DNA of 64,000 bases, taken from NCBI GenBank assembly GCA_013001055.1, contig JABDNH010000004.1:24529-88528 (forward strand), written 5' to 3'. Origin of the DNA: Sphingomonas sp. (GTDB lineage Bacteria; Pseudomonadota; Alphaproteobacteria; Sphingomonadales; Sphingomonadaceae). Made by a program: the position numbers and the translations under genes. The notes beneath the pieces were generated by a model. The model did not search any database. It was not told where the DNA came from and saw only the letters and a program-made list of their open reading frames with translations. Positions 52,048 through 63,300 of this stretch are shown piece after piece; within the stretch, counting starts at the first letter, position 1; each line of letters starts with the position of its first letter.

Positions 52048-53054
52048 CGCGTATCTCCCTGTTCTTCATCTTCGCCCGGTTCCTCGACGATCAGTTCGCC
52101 TGCGTAAGGACCTTCATAAGTCTCGCCCTTTAGCGCGGTATCGCCGCTGTCCGCTAGGGCTGCGTTGAACTCCGCCCCGAAGACGACGCCAAGCCCGACG
52201 ACGTAAAAGAAAATGAGCACCACCATTACCCCCGCCATCGAACCGTAGGTGCGTCCATAGCCCCCGACCAGGCCGATGGCTTCGGGCAGGACCGTGGCGG
52301 TCAACAGCCACCACAACGTGATGAAGATCGCGCCCGGCCATACGCGTCCTTTGCCCCGGCGATAGCGAAGCGGCGTGAGCGCGTAGAAGATCGCATAGAC
52401 GGTCAGGAAGAGCACGACCGACGGCACGATTCGAAACAGCCCTATCGAACCCGCGAAATCGCCTGACACCGGCAAGTAGTTGGTGATGAGTGCCTGAAGG
52501 CTGGTCAGCAGCACGGTAGCGGAAAAGGCGATGAACAGCAGAAATACGGCGCCGATGATCAAGCCGATCGACGCCAGCCGATATTCCCAGAATGGCGCGC
52601 TCATTCGAATGCCGTACGCACGGCGCAAGATATCGCGGATGGTTTCGATGAAGCTGCCAGCCGTCCACAAGCCGACCAGCGCGCCGACCCACAAGAGGGC
52701 ACCCGTCTTGCCGGTTGTCACTTCGAACAAGGGCTCGGCCAGTGTTTCGGCGACATCGGGTGGTAACTGCGACAGGATGGCGAAGATGGCTTCATCGCTG
52801 GCCCCGTCGCGGCCGATCAGCTTGGCGACCGCCGTCGCGAGGATGAGAAACGGGAAGAGCGCCAGCAACGAGATATAGGCGAGGTTCCCGGCGTGGATGA
52901 AACCGTCCGAATAGACGCCGTACACCGTCCGCTTGAGAACTTCCCACGGGCGCTCGCTCTTCCGGAGCTTCCTGATTTTTTCGCGACCGAACTGGGCATG
53001 CAGACCGGCCAGCCGCTTGCGGCGCGCTTCAGGAGAGTGTGGCGACTGCTGCAC
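52044..53054 (-). CDS. YihY/BrkB (ribonuclease BN-like) family membrane protein
   Basis: GNLAYISLLALFPFL motif, 6 TM. ATGA overlap with fabI. Confidence 0.8.
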
Positions 53055-53063
53055 GCTTGCCGC

Positions 53064-54017
53064 CTAGACCCCGAGGCCGGACCGCACGTTATCGGACGAA
53101 TCCCAGCCGGACACGAAATCCTGCAGTTTCTTGTCGCCCTTGGGTATCTCGATCATCAGCCGCACCAGCTGGTTGCCGCGCCCGCCGCCCTTCTTGGTGA
53201 AACCCTTGCCGGTCAGGCGTAAGGTCGTGCCGCTCGACGAGCCCTTGGGAATCGTCATGGTCACCGCGCCGCCCACGGTCGGCACCTTTACCTTGGCGCC
53301 CAGCACCGCTTCTTTCAGCGTGATCGGCAGGTCGAGACGGATATTGTCGCCATCGCGCTCGAAGAATTTGTGATCCTTGACCGTGATTGTGACGATCGCA
53401 TCGCCGGTGCCGCCGGGACCTTCCTGCCCCTGGCCTTTCAGGCGGATTTTGGTGCCGGTCTCCACGCCCGCCGGCAGCTTCATGTCGATCGTCTTGCCGC
53501 CTCCAAGCTTGACCCGCTGGGGTTCCTGCAAGGCAGCATCGACGAAGGGAACGCTCAGACGATAGGAGATGTCCGCGCCTTTGGGTGCGCTCGATCGCTT
53601 GAAGCCACCGAAGCCACCACTGTTGCGCGAGCGTGTCTGCGCTCCGCCGCCGCCGAAGATGCCTTCGAACAAATCGGACAGGTCGGGGTCGATGTCGCCC
53701 GGATCGAAGCCCTGTGGTCCGCGGCGCGCACCGCCGGCAGTTCCGCCGCCGCCAAAGGGATGGCCGCCTCCGTAGCCGCCGCCAAAGGGCGACTTGGGAT
53801 TGCCTTCCTCGTCGATCTCGCCGCGGTCATAGCGCGCACGCTTGTCCTTGTCCGCGAGAATGTCATAGGCCGATGTCACTTTGCCGAAGCGCTCGGCGGC
53901 CTTTGGATTGTCCTTGTTCCGGTCGGGATGCAGCTGCTTGGCCAGGCTGCGATACGCCGTTTTTATCTCGTCTTCGCTGGCCCCGCGCTTGAGGCCCAGT
54001 TGCTGATATAGATCCAT
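53064..54017 (-). CDS. DnaJ-class co-chaperone without Zn finger (CbpA-like)
   Basis: J domain with HPD (QLHPDRN), Gly-rich linker, DnaJ C-terminal domains. Confidence 0.85.
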   Translation of the reverse strand: MDLYQQLGLKRGASEDEIKTAYRSLAKQLHPDRNKDNPKAAERFGKVTSAYDILADKDKRARYDRGEIDEEGNPKSPFGGGYGGGHPFGGGGTAGGARRGPQGFDPGDIDPDLSDLFEGIFGGGGAQTRSRNSGGFGGFKRSSAPKGADISYRLSVPFVDAALQEPQRVKLGGGKTIDMKLPAGVETGTKIRLKGQGQEGPGGTGDAIVTITVKDHKFFERDGDNIRLDLPITLKEAVLGAKVKVPTVGGAVTMTIPKGSSSGTTLRLTGKGFTKKGGGRGNQLVRLMIEIPKGDKKLQDFVSGWDSSDNVRSGLGV

Positions 54018-54094
54018 AACACGCCTCTAAACGGAATTGGCCGCAAAAGGCCAGTGGCTTGCGCCATTCTTCACTCACCCTTACGCGGGAGCAT

Positions 54095-54667
54095 ATGAAC
54101 CCGTTCCAGCTTTTCGACGAGTGGTATGCGCAGGCCCGGGCGTCCGAACCGTCCGATCCCAATGCCATGGCGTTGGCGACCGCTACCCCGGATGCGATCC
54201 CCTCGGTAAGAATGGTGCTGCTAAAGGATCACGGGCCTGAAGGTTTCGTCTTCTATACCAACATGGAAAGCCGCAAGGGCGAAGAGCTGACCGCCAACCC
54301 GCGAGCATCGCTCTGTTTCCATTGGAAGTCGACCTACAAGCAGGTCCGCATCGAAGGCCGCGTCAAGCAGGTCAGCGACGCCGAAGCCGACGCCTATTTC
54401 GCCAGCCGCGGCCGTGCCAAGCAGTTGGCTGCCATCGCGTCGCGCCAAAGTCGCCCCCTCCCTGCTTTCGAGAAGTTCGAACAGGAGATCGCGGCGCTGG
54501 ATGCCGAATATGCGGGTCGTGATCTGCCACGGCCTGACCGCTGGAGCGGCGTTCGCGTCATCCCCGACCAGATCGAGTTCTGGGAAGGCACCCGGGAACG
54601 CACCCACCACCGGCGCCTTTTTGTACGTGACGGCGACGGTTGGAGAGAAGGGCTGCTATACCCGTGA
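54095..54667 (+). CDS. pdxH: pyridoxamine 5'-phosphate oxidase
   Basis: ATG at 54095. RMVLLK, FYTN..S.KG..L, IEFWEG...R.H.R signature. Confidence 0.9.
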   Translation: MNPFQLFDEWYAQARASEPSDPNAMALATATPDAIPSVRMVLLKDHGPEGFVFYTNMESRKGEELTANPRASLCFHWKSTYKQVRIEGRVKQVSDAEADAYFASRGRAKQLAAIASRQSRPLPAFEKFEQEIAALDAEYAGRDLPRPDRWSGVRVIPDQIEFWEGTRERTHHRRLFVRDGDGWREGLLYP

Positions 54668-55608
54668 GCGGTTTTCATCATCACGGCCACGACCATAAGA
54701 GCGATCATGCGCACGAACGCGCCAGCCTGACCGGGCGCGCCGCGTTGGCAAGCGTCTCGGTCGCGCTTTTCCTTGTCGGCCTCAAGGTCTGGGCGAGCTG
54801 GGATACCGATAGCGTCGCCATGCTCGGCAGTCTTGCCGACACCTCGCTCGATCTGATCGCCAGCCTCGTCACTTTCTTCGGCGTACGATATGCCGCCAAG
54901 CCCGCTGATGACGACCATCGTTTCGGGCATGGCAAGGCCGAAGGCATCGTCGCGCTGTTCCAGGTCATCATCATCTCGGTCAGCGCGATCGGCATTGCTT
55001 GGCGCGGCATCGAACGCTTCTTCAGCGGCGAACGCACACAGGAGCTCGAACTCGGCGTGACCGTGTCGGGGATCGCCATCGCCGTCACATTGGCACTGCT
55101 AGCCTATCAGCGTTTCGTCATCCGTAAGACCGGCTCGGTCGCCATCCAGATGGACCATGTCCATTACCAGACCGATCTGCTCCTCAACGGCGCGGTCATC
55201 GCCGCGCTCTTCCTCGACCAGGTCGCCGACGTGCCCTTTGCCGATCCGCTGATGGGCATCGCGATCGCGGCGTGGCTGCTCTACGGCGCGTGGAGCGGTG
55301 CAAGCCATGCGCTCGACCAGTTGATGGATCGCGAATGGGACGAGGAAAAGCGCGACCGCTTTCTCGCCATGGTGAAGACCCATCCCGAAATGCAGGGCGT
55401 TCACGCGCTGCGCACGCGATCTTCAGGCGGTGTCGATTTCGCGCAATTCCATTTGTGGCTCGATCCCGAAATGACGATTTCCGAAGCACACCGTGTGATG
55501 GACGAGATCGAAGCGACCATTCACAAGGAATTTCCCGGCATCGACCTGCTGATCCATCCCGATCCGAAGGGACTTGAGGAGCGCGGACACGACACCACGC
55601 CGCTATAA
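54664..55608 (+). CDS. cation diffusion facilitator (CDF) family metal efflux transporter
   Basis: The GTG at 54664 overlaps the pdxH stop (GTGA). His-rich N-terminus (HHHGHDHKSDHAH). 6 TM with DSLVD-like sites. Confidence 0.85.
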   Translation: MSGFHHHGHDHKSDHAHERASLTGRAALASVSVALFLVGLKVWASWDTDSVAMLGSLADTSLDLIASLVTFFGVRYAAKPADDDHRFGHGKAEGIVALFQVIIISVSAIGIAWRGIERFFSGERTQELELGVTVSGIAIAVTLALLAYQRFVIRKTGSVAIQMDHVHYQTDLLLNGAVIAALFLDQVADVPFADPLMGIAIAAWLLYGAWSGASHALDQLMDREWDEEKRDRFLAMVKTHPEMQGVHALRTRSSGGVDFAQFHLWLDPEMTISEAHRVMDEIEATIHKEFPGIDLLIHPDPKGLEERGHDTTPL

Positions 55609-55620
55609 GGAGGCATTTGA

Positions 55621-56409
55621 ATGCGGATCCCATTCCATCAGGTCGATGCCTTCGTGGTCGACGGACAGCCGCTGACCGGCAACCCTGCTGCGATCATGCT
55701 GCTCGACGACTGGCTGCCCGATGCGACGCTGCAGGCGATCGCGGTTGAAAATAATTTGTCGGAAACGGCCTTCCTGAAACGCTCGGACAGCGCAGCGGAT
55801 TGGGATTTGCGCTGGTTCACGCCGGCTACCGAGGTCGACTTGTGCGGCCATGCGACGATCGCTTCGGCGCACGTCGTGATCGGCGATCGCGACGAAGTCT
55901 CCTTCCAGACCCGCTCCGGCGTGCTCGCGGCGTCGCGTAGCGGCGACACCATCATTATCGATCTGCCCGCCGGCGATCGCTTCCAATCGCTGGAAGACGC
56001 TGCGCTTGCCAACGCGCTCGGCATCGAGCCCGTCGAGATGATCAAGGCCAGCGCCGCCGAAGATTGCCTTGTCGCGCTGCTTGAAGACGAAGCCGCGGTG
56101 CGCGCCGTGGCACCCGATTTCCACGCCATGCGCCTATGGAAGGATCTTGTCATCGTCACTGCGCCCGGCGACAGGACCGACATTGCCAGCCGGGTGTTTG
56201 CAGTCGGCTACGGCATCGATGAAGACCCAGTCACCGGTGCCGCCCACGCCGCCATCGTACCGTGGTGGGCGCAGCGGCTCGGCAAGGAGCGAGTCACTGC
56301 GATCCAGGCAAGTGCTCGCGGCGGCCATCTCCAATGCACGCATGACGACGACCGGGTCCGGCTCGGCGGGCGCTGCGTATGCGTCATCGAAGGCGAGTTT
56401 CGCCTCTAG
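55621..56409 (+). CDS. PhzF-family isomerase-like protein
   Basis: FHQVDAF....[20 protein letters not shown] motifs. Confidence 0.85.
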   Translation: MRIPFHQVDAFVVDGQPLTGNPAAIMLLDDWLPDATLQAIAVENNLSETAFLKRSDSAADWDLRWFTPATEVDLCGHATIASAHVVIGDRDEVSFQTRSGVLAASRSGDTIIIDLPAGDRFQSLEDAALANALGIEPVEMIKASAAEDCLVALLEDEAAVRAVAPDFHAMRLWKDLVIVTAPGDRTDIASRVFAVGYGIDEDPVTGAAHAAIVPWWAQRLGKERVTAIQASARGGHLQCTHDDDRVRLGGRCVCVIEGEFRL

Positions 56410-57512
56410 GCGACTTCAAGCTCGGCGGCTTGCGTCGCGCCGATCGTGCCGCCACCAAGCAGTCGTTCGCCCTCGTAAAAAACTGCCGACTGGCCCGGCG
56501 CGACGCCATATTCGGGACGATCGAAAGCGAAGTGATTGCCATCCCAGGTTCCGGGCTTTGGCGGCGCCAGACTACGCACCTTGGCATATACCGTGCGCTG
56601 GTCTTCGGCGAGCCAGTTGACTTGTTCGACCGAGGCCGAACCCACCGCCAGCGCAGCCTTGGGGCCCACCACCACGCGATTGGTTTGCGGGTCGATCTTC
56701 ACGACATAAAGCGGCTCGGGCTGACCGCCGATTTCGAGCCCGCGGCGCTGTCCGATGGTGAAATGCACCACGCCTTCGTGACTGCCCAGCTTGCGCCCAT
56801 CAAGATCGACGATGTCACCCGGCGTTGCCGTCTCGGGCTTTAGCCGCTTGACGAGGCCCGCATAATCGCCATCGGGCACGAAGCAGATGTCCTGGCTGTC
56901 GGGCTTGTTTGCGACTTCGAGCCCCGCCTCTTCCGCCAGCTGGCGTACCTTGTCCTTGGGCAGGCCGCCCAGCGGGAAGCGCAGGTAATCGAGCTGGTCG
57001 AGTGTCGTACCGTAAAGGAAATAGCTCTGGTCCCGGCGCGGGTCCAAGCCCTTCCATAGCTGGGCCTTGCCGTCCGCGCCCATCACGCGGCGTACATAAT
57101 GGCCTGTCGCAAGGCAGTCTGCGCCCAGGTCGCGCGCAAAACCGATCAGGTCGACGAACTTGACGCCCTGGTTGCACTTGGAACAGGGCACCGGCGTGCG
57201 TCCCCTGGCATATTCATCGACGAACTGGTCGATCACGCCCTCGCGAAAGCGGCTTTCGTAATCGAGCACGTAGTGGGCGATGCCGAGCCGGTCGCACACC
57301 ATCTTGGCGTCGTAAATGTCCTGCCCGGCACAGCACGACCCTGAGCGCTTCACGGCCTCGCCATGATCATAAAGCTGCAAGGTGACGCCGATGACTTCAG
57401 CATCGGTCTTCGCCGCGAGCGCCGCGACGACGCTCGAGTCCACGCCGCCGGACATGGCGACTACGATGCGTGCGCCGCTGGCGCCGCCTGGAAGATCGAA
57501 GCTTGGGGACAT
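56406..57512 (-). CDS. mnmA: tRNA 2-thiouridine(34) synthase
   Basis: [13 protein letters not shown]-loop. CSKCN, catalytic Cys regions. Confidence 0.93.
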   Translation of the reverse strand: MSPSFDLPGGASGARIVVAMSGGVDSSVVAALAAKTDAEVIGVTLQLYDHGEAVKRSGSCCAGQDIYDAKMVCDRLGIAHYVLDYESRFREGVIDQFVDEYARGRTPVPCSKCNQGVKFVDLIGFARDLGADCLATGHYVRRVMGADGKAQLWKGLDPRRDQSYFLYGTTLDQLDYLRFPLGGLPKDKVRQLAEEAGLEVANKPDSQDICFVPDGDYAGLVKRLKPETATPGDIVDLDGRKLGSHEGVVHFTIGQRRGLEIGGQPEPLYVVKIDPQTNRVVVGPKAALAVGSASVEQVNWLAEDQRTVYAKVRSLAPPKPGTWDGNHFAFDRPEYGVAPGQSAVFYEGERLLGGGTIGATQAAELEVA

Positions 57513-57589
57513 TTCGGCCGCGTCTTTACCTGAAATTCACCCTGTTCTTCTAGACCCATTCGCAAGAAGTCAGGGAAAAGGGGCCGATT

Positions 57590-57793
57590 TTGGCACGTTA
57601 CGAAGGGAAAATTACGTCTGCTGCCGAAGCGCGACTCGAATTGGAAGAGCTGCTTTCGCTCATGGACACCCCCGTGGAAAACCCTTTTTCGCCAGAACGT
57701 TGCGAGAAATTGGCGCGATTTCTGTCGGGGGAAGATGTCGGCGATTCGCTCCGCGGCACCTTCGCCAGCAAAGGGTTAAAGGAGCGGAAATGA
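57590..57793 (+). CDS. doubtful 67-aa ORF in the mnmA-sciP intergenic region
   Basis: TTG start, weak codon bias, no motif. Listed only because the 380-bp gap is otherwise empty. Confidence 0.2.
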   Translation: MARYEGKITSAAEARLELEELLSLMDTPVENPFSPERCEKLARFLSGEDVGDSLRGTFASKGLKERK

Positions 57794-57892
57794 ATTTAAC
57801 TCTCAAATTAACCCTTGCCTGTGAGAAAATCTTCAATGGCCGCGACGTAAACGGGGTCATCGGAAATGATGAATATGTGATTGAGGATACAG

Positions 57893-58192
57893 ATGCTTGA
57901 AAATCAGGACATTCGGCCCGCGCAGGTCGTCGGCCCCCTCGGGGAACCGCTGACCATCGACTCGCTGCCTCCTGCCAACACCACCCGCTGGGTCGTGCGT
58001 CGCAAGGCGGAAGTCGTCGCTGCTGTGGCCGGCGGCCTGCTAACCGTCGACGAAGCGTGCGAGCGCTACTCGCTCAGCCTCGAGGAGTTCACCTCGTGGC
58101 AGCGCGCGGTCGATCGCTCGGGAATGCCTGGCCTGCGCGTCACGCGCCTCAAGCATTATCGCGATCAGTATGAGCGTCAGCAGCGCTACTAG
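57893..58192 (+). CDS. sciP: DUF1153-family transcriptional regulator SciP (CtrA inhibitor)
   Basis: ATG at 57893 with GAGGA upstream. LPPANTTRWVVRRKAEVVAAV.GGLL...EAC.RY.LS.EEF.SWQ matches Caulobacter SciP as remembered. Confidence 0.8.
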   Translation: MLENQDIRPAQVVGPLGEPLTIDSLPPANTTRWVVRRKAEVVAAVAGGLLTVDEACERYSLSLEEFTSWQRAVDRSGMPGLRVTRLKHYRDQYERQQRY

Positions 58193-58275
58193 GACGCCCG
58201 CTCCCTGACCCTTTTTGCGGCCCGCCATTACGGCGGGCCGTAATCGTTTCGGGCTTGCAACATCGCCCTTTAGAT

Positions 58276-58300
58276 GGAACTTTCGCTCGCCAGTTTCGTC
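58276..58300 (+). promoter_or_regulatory. EcfG-like general-stress promoter candidate (GGAAC-N16-CGTC)
   Basis: Perfect -35 GGAAC, and -10 with one mismatch to CGTT. About 37 nt upstream of the YeaQ-like ATG. Confidence 0.3.
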
Positions 58301-58336
58301 GAACCCGGTGAAAATTGCGCAAAAGGGAGAGAAATA

Positions 58337-58591
58337 ATGGGATTTATTATCTATATCGTTGTTGGTGGCATCTTGGGCTGGCTCGCCAGCATCGTCATGC
58401 GCACCGACGCCCAGCAGGGTATCCTGCTTAACGTTGTTGTCGGTATCGTCGGTGCGTTTCTCGCCGGCCTCATCGTCTCGGGCGGCTCGATTGGCGACGG
58501 TATTACCCTTCGCAGCGTACTGGTCTCGTTGGTAGGCGCGATCGTGCTTCTCGGCATCGTCAACCTAATCCGCCGCGGCCGCGTTCGCTAA
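58337..58591 (+). CDS. GlsB/YeaQ/YmgE-family stress membrane protein
   Basis: ATG at 58337 after AAGGGAGAG. GGILGWLAS...G...N.VVGIVGA pattern. Confidence 0.85.
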   Translation: MGFIIYIVVGGILGWLASIVMRTDAQQGILLNVVVGIVGAFLAGLIVSGGSIGDGITLRSVLVSLVGAIVLLGIVNLIRRGRVR

Positions 58592-58608
58592 GCGACTACG
58601 AAAGCAAT

Positions 58609-58654
58609 AAAAAGGGCCGCGCGGTGCAACCTCCGCGCGGCCCTTTTCTTTTTT
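58609..58654. terminator. bidirectional intrinsic terminator between the convergent YeaQ-like genes
   Basis: 11-bp GC stem gggccgcgcgg/ccgcgcggccc, flanked by AAAAA upstream and TTTTCTTTTTT downstream. Confidence 0.65.
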
Positions 58655-58663
58655 CCGGCGTGC

Positions 58664-58927
58664 CTACGCCTTTCGCTTCAGGACCAATCGGTAGATCACG
58701 AGGATGATCAAGGCACCGATAACGGCAGCGATAAAATCTGCACCTTCCCCGGGCTCATACCAGCCGATGGTATGGCCGATGAAGCCCATCAACAGGGCGC
58801 CTGCAATGCCGAGCAGGATCGTCACGACGCACCCACCGGGGTCCTTTCCCGGCATGATCAATTTCGCCAGTGCGCCCGCCACGAGCCCGATCAAAATCCA
58901 CCAAAGCCATCCGTGGTCTTCCAGCAT
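58664..58927 (-). CDS. GlsB/YeaQ/YmgE-family stress membrane protein (second copy)
   Basis: WILIGLVAGALAKLIMPG...ILLGIAGALLG pattern. Start taken at Met13 of the track ORF. Confidence 0.8.
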   Translation of the reverse strand: MLEDHGWLWWILIGLVAGALAKLIMPGKDPGGCVVTILLGIAGALLMGFIGHTIGWYEPGEGADFIAAVIGALIILVIYRLVLKRKA

Positions 58928-59137
58928 CAAACGTCTCCCTGTTTTGTCTGATTCGTACGGCAAACCATCTTGCGCATCCCCCTCGCCGACGCAAGCGACC
59001 CCGTTCGTCGAAAAACGGTAGAGACAAGCGGCCCGGGGTGCGTTGTTGTTGCACCAAGTGACTTATTAACTTAATACAGTGCGCAAACGAAACTCACCCG
59101 CTCCCGTTTCGGAGCAGCGCACGGGGGCAATACGGGA

Positions 59138-60391
59138 ATGGCAATGAACCGCTTTTCGAAGATGGGTCGCAGCGGCGGCGATATGGCGATCGAAGACCAG
59201 AGTGATGGCCGCTCCAAGCGCCGAATTATCCTTATCGTCGCAATCCTGCTGATCGTCGCCGCGTTGGTGGCGGCCGCCATGTTCATGCGCGGCGGCGATG
59301 ACGTTGCTGCCGCCGGTGGCCCAGCCGGTGAAGGCAGCGACCGTGCCGCCCAAGCCGTGACCGTGATCGTGCCTGGCAATTCCGAGGTCGCAAGTACCAT
59401 CACGACGTCGGGCACGCTTGGCGCGCGCCGCGACCAGAATGTGGGCATTGCTGGTCAGGGCGGGAAGGTAACGCGCGTCTTGGTCGATGCGGGCGATTGG
59501 GTTCGTCAGGGTCAGGTGCTGGCGACTGTCGATCGTTCGGTCCAGACGCAGCAGGCGGCGCAGCAGCGCGCCTCGCTCGCCGCGGCGCAAGCCGATGCAG
59601 ATCTCGCCAAATCAAATCTCGATCGCGCCCAGCAACTGGTCGAGCGCGGGTTCGTATCGAAAGCCGAAATCGACCGGCTGCGGTCAACCTATGAAGCCGC
59701 GCAGGCCCGCGTCAGCGTCTCGCGTGCCCAGCTCAACACCACGCTAGCGCAAATCGGCCAGCTCGACGTTCGCGCGCCGACATCGGGCCTGATCCTCGAC
59801 CGCAACGTCGAAGTCGGCCAGGTCGTCAGCGCCGGTACGCCTTCGCTTTTCCGTATGGCCCGCGGCGGCGAAATGGAAGTGCGCGCGCAATTGTCGCAGC
59901 AGGACTTGTCCGTAGTGTCGGTCGGGATGCCGGCGACCATTACGCCCGTCGGCTCCGACCAGCAGTTCGCCGGGCAGGTTTGGCAGGTTTCGCCGGTCAT
60001 CAATCCGCAATCGCGCCAGGGTGAGGTCCGCATCTCGGTTCCCTACGACCCGGTCATTCGTCCCGGTGGTTTTGCTGAGGTAAAAATTGCTAGCGGTGTG
60101 ACGACCGCGCCAATGCTGCCGCAGTCGGCAGTGCTGTCCGATGCCAATGGCAACTATGTCTATGTCGTCAATGCCGACAATGAAGTGGTCCGCCGCGATA
60201 TTGTCGTCGGCGCGGTCGATGATCGCGGGGTGACCATTCGCGAAGGCATTAGCGGCAACGAACAGGTCGTGGCTCGCGCCGGCTCATTCCTGACGGTCGG
60301 CCAGAAGGTCGTGCCCCAGCGAGAGGCCGCGGCATCGGTGCGGCAACAGGAGCAAGGCTCTGTGGGCGAAGGCGAAGGCGAGGAAGAATAA
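59138..60391 (+). CDS. RND efflux periplasmic adaptor (MFP/HlyD family)
   Basis: TM anchor, lipoyl/coiled-coil hairpin (QAAQQRASLAAAQADADLAKSNLDRAQQL), beta-barrel region. Confidence 0.85.
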   Translation: MAMNRFSKMGRSGGDMAIEDQSDGRSKRRIILIVAILLIVAALVAAAMFMRGGDDVAAAGGPAGEGSDRAAQAVTVIVPGNSEVASTITTSGTLGARRDQNVGIAGQGGKVTRVLVDAGDWVRQGQVLATVDRSVQTQQAAQQRASLAAAQADADLAKSNLDRAQQLVERGFVSKAEIDRLRSTYEAAQARVSVSRAQLNTTLAQIGQLDVRAPTSGLILDRNVEVGQVVSAGTPSLFRMARGGEMEVRAQLSQQDLSVVSVGMPATITPVGSDQQFAGQVWQVSPVINPQSRQGEVRISVPYDPVIRPGGFAEVKIASGVTTAPMLPQSAVLSDANGNYVYVVNADNEVVRRDIVVGAVDDRGVTIREGISGNEQVVARAGSFLTVGQKVVPQREAAASVRQQEQGSVGEGEGEEE

Positions 60392-60394
60392 GTC

Positions 60395-63300
60395 ATGAAT
60401 TTGCGCCGCATATCAGAGTGGTCGATACGTAATCCGGTCCCGCCCATCGTCCTGTTCATCGGGCTCACGCTCGCCGGGATCATCTCGTTCATCGGCATGG
60501 AGGTGACCGACAACCCGGACATCGATTTCCCCGCTGCCAACGTCTCCATCGTCCAGCCGGGCGCCGCGCCCGAGGAAATGGAAAACCAGATCACCCAGCG
60601 CGTCGAAGCCGCCTTGCGCAGCGTCGATGGCGTCGACGAGATAAATTCCTCGGTCAACGAAGGCTCGTCCAATACCTTCGTGCAATTCGCCATCGGCACC
60701 AACACCGACCGTGCCGTCAACGACGTGCGCGATGCTGTCGCTCAGATCCGCGGCGATCTTCCCGCCGGCATTCTGGAACCGCGTATCAACCGCGTCAACA
60801 TTACCGGCGACAGCTTGAGCTTCATCGCGATCAACACGACCGACATGACGCTCGAACAATTGAGCTGGTTCGTCGATGATACGGTGAGCCGCCGCTTGCT
60901 CGGTATCGAGGGGCTGGCAGAAGTCAGCCGCTATGGCGGTGTCGACCGCGAAATCCGTGTCATCCTCGACCCCGACGCCATGCAGGCGCAGGGCATCACC
61001 GCCGCGCAGGTCAATAACCAGCTACGCCAGACCAACCTCAACGCTGCTGGCGGGCTGACCGAAATTGCCGGAACCCGACAATCGGTGCGTGTTCTCGGCA
61101 ATGCCGAAACCGCTTATGAACTCTCGCAGACCCTGATCTCTATTCCGGGCGGCAACACGGTGCGCCTGCGCGATATCGCCGAAGTGAGCGACGGGGCGTC
61201 CGAACAGACCAGCCTGGCCCGGATGAACGGTCAGGAAGTGGTCGTCTTCAGCTTCAATCGCGCCAAGGGGGCATCGGACATCACGGTCTACGATGCTGCC
61301 TGGGAAGAATTGAACGCCATTGCCGAAGAAGACCCGCGCGTCAGCTTCACCGAAATCAACAACAGCGTGGAATATACCAAGGGCCAATATGCAAGCTCGA
61401 TGCAGGCGCTGATCGAGGGTGCCATCCTGGCCGTCCTTGTGGTGTTCCTGTTCCTGCGCGATTTCCGCGCGACCGCGATTTCGGCGATCGCCATCCCGCT
61501 ATCGGCGATCCCGGCCTTCTTCTTCATGGATCTCATGAACATCAACCTCAACTTCCTGTCTCTGCTGGCGCTAGCGCTGGTGGCCGGGGTGCTGGTCGAT
61601 GATGCGATCGTGGAAATCGAGAATATCGTGCGCCACATGCGCATGGGCAAGTCCGCCTTCCAGGCGTCGATCGACGCCGCAGACGAAATCGGCCTCGCCG
61701 TTGTCGCCACTACGGCCGCCATCGTCGCGGTGTTCCTGCCGGTAGCATTGATGCCCGGCATTTCGGGCCAATTCTTCAAGAACTTCGGCTACACCGTGGT
61801 GCTGGCGGTCATTATGTCGCTCCTTGTCGCGCGCATGATCACGCCGCTCGTCGCCGCCTATTTCCTGCGCTCGCATGGCGAGGAAGCGCACGGCGAAGGC
61901 CCGATGATGAAGCGCTATCTCAAGGTGCTCAACTGGACGCTCGATGACAGCAAGGCGCGCGCCTACAAACAGCGCAACCCGGGCTTCACCGGCTGGATTG
62001 GCAGCTGGTTCCGCGATCACCGCATGACGGCAGTGCTAGGCGGTTTCCTGACGTTGGTCGCGACTGTGGTGCTCTTTGCGACGCTGCCTCAGCAGTTCCA
62101 GCCCGATCTCGATCTCGACAATAACAGCGTGCGCATTTCGATGCCGCCGGGCGCGACGCTGCAGCAGACGCAGGCCAAGGTGGCCGAAGCTGCCCAGGTC
62201 GTGCTCGCCCACCCGGACGTGGAAACGGTGTTTGAACGGACCTTTACCAATAGCGGCTACGTCAATGTCACGCTAACCGAGGATCGCGACAAAACCTCGA
62301 CGCAGATCGAGCGCGAACTGGCGCCGCGACTGGCGCAGATTTCGGATGCGCGCGTTAACTTTCAGAGCCAGGGCGGCGGCGGCCCGGGCGGTTCGGGACA
62401 GGCACTGACCATGTACCTGGGATCGTCCGATCCGGCCGCGCTGGAGCAAGCCGCCAATGCGATCATGGCCGACATGGCCGAACGCGACGAATTCATTTCG
62501 CCGCGCGTCATCGGCGATGATATCCGCCCCGAAATCACGGTCACGCCGCGTTTCGACCTTGCCGCCGACCTTGGCGTGACGACGGCCGCGTTGTCGCAAA
62601 CGATCCGCATCGCGACGCTCGGCGAGATCGATCAGAACAGCGCCAAATTTTCGCTGTCGGACCGCCAGATCCCGATCTCGGTGAGCCTGTCGGAACAGGA
62701 TCGCCAAGACCTCGACACGCTGACCAATCTTCCAGTGCCGACCGCCAATGGCGGTTCGGTCCCGCTGAAGGCGGTCGCCGATATCGGCTTTGGCGCGGGG
62801 CCCACCACGATCCAGCGCACCGACCAGATGCGCCGCATCGCCATCGGCGCCGATCTGCAGCCCGGCCTCGTTACCGGCGATGCCTACGAGATCATCGAAG
62901 AACTGCCCGCCTACCAGGCGATGCCGTCCAACGTGACGCGCCTCAACCTCGGTGCCGAGAAGTGGCAGCAGGAGCTCATTCAGAACTTCGTGATCGCGGT
63001 GTTCTCGGGCGTGCTGCTGGTGTTCGCGGTTCTGGTGCTGCTCTATCGCCGCTTCCTGTCGCCATTCGTCAACATGGGGTCGCTGCTGCTCGCCCCGCTC
63101 GGCGCCTTCATCATGCTGCACCTGTTCGGTCTTGCCGTATCGTTGCCGGTCTATATCGGGCTATTGATGCTGCTCGGCATCGTCGCCAAGAACTCGATCC
63201 TCCTGGTCGATTTCGCGGTCGAGATGATGAACCACGGCATGGAGAAAAACAAAGCCATCTACGAAGCTGGCCACAAGCGTGCTCAGCCGATCGTCATGAC

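Noticed and set aside
57796-57812. TTAAC-N7-TTAAC upstream of sciP as a canonical CtrA box.
   Set aside because: The spacer between the TTAA cores is 8 nt, not 7. It is kept only as a low-confidence note in the findings.
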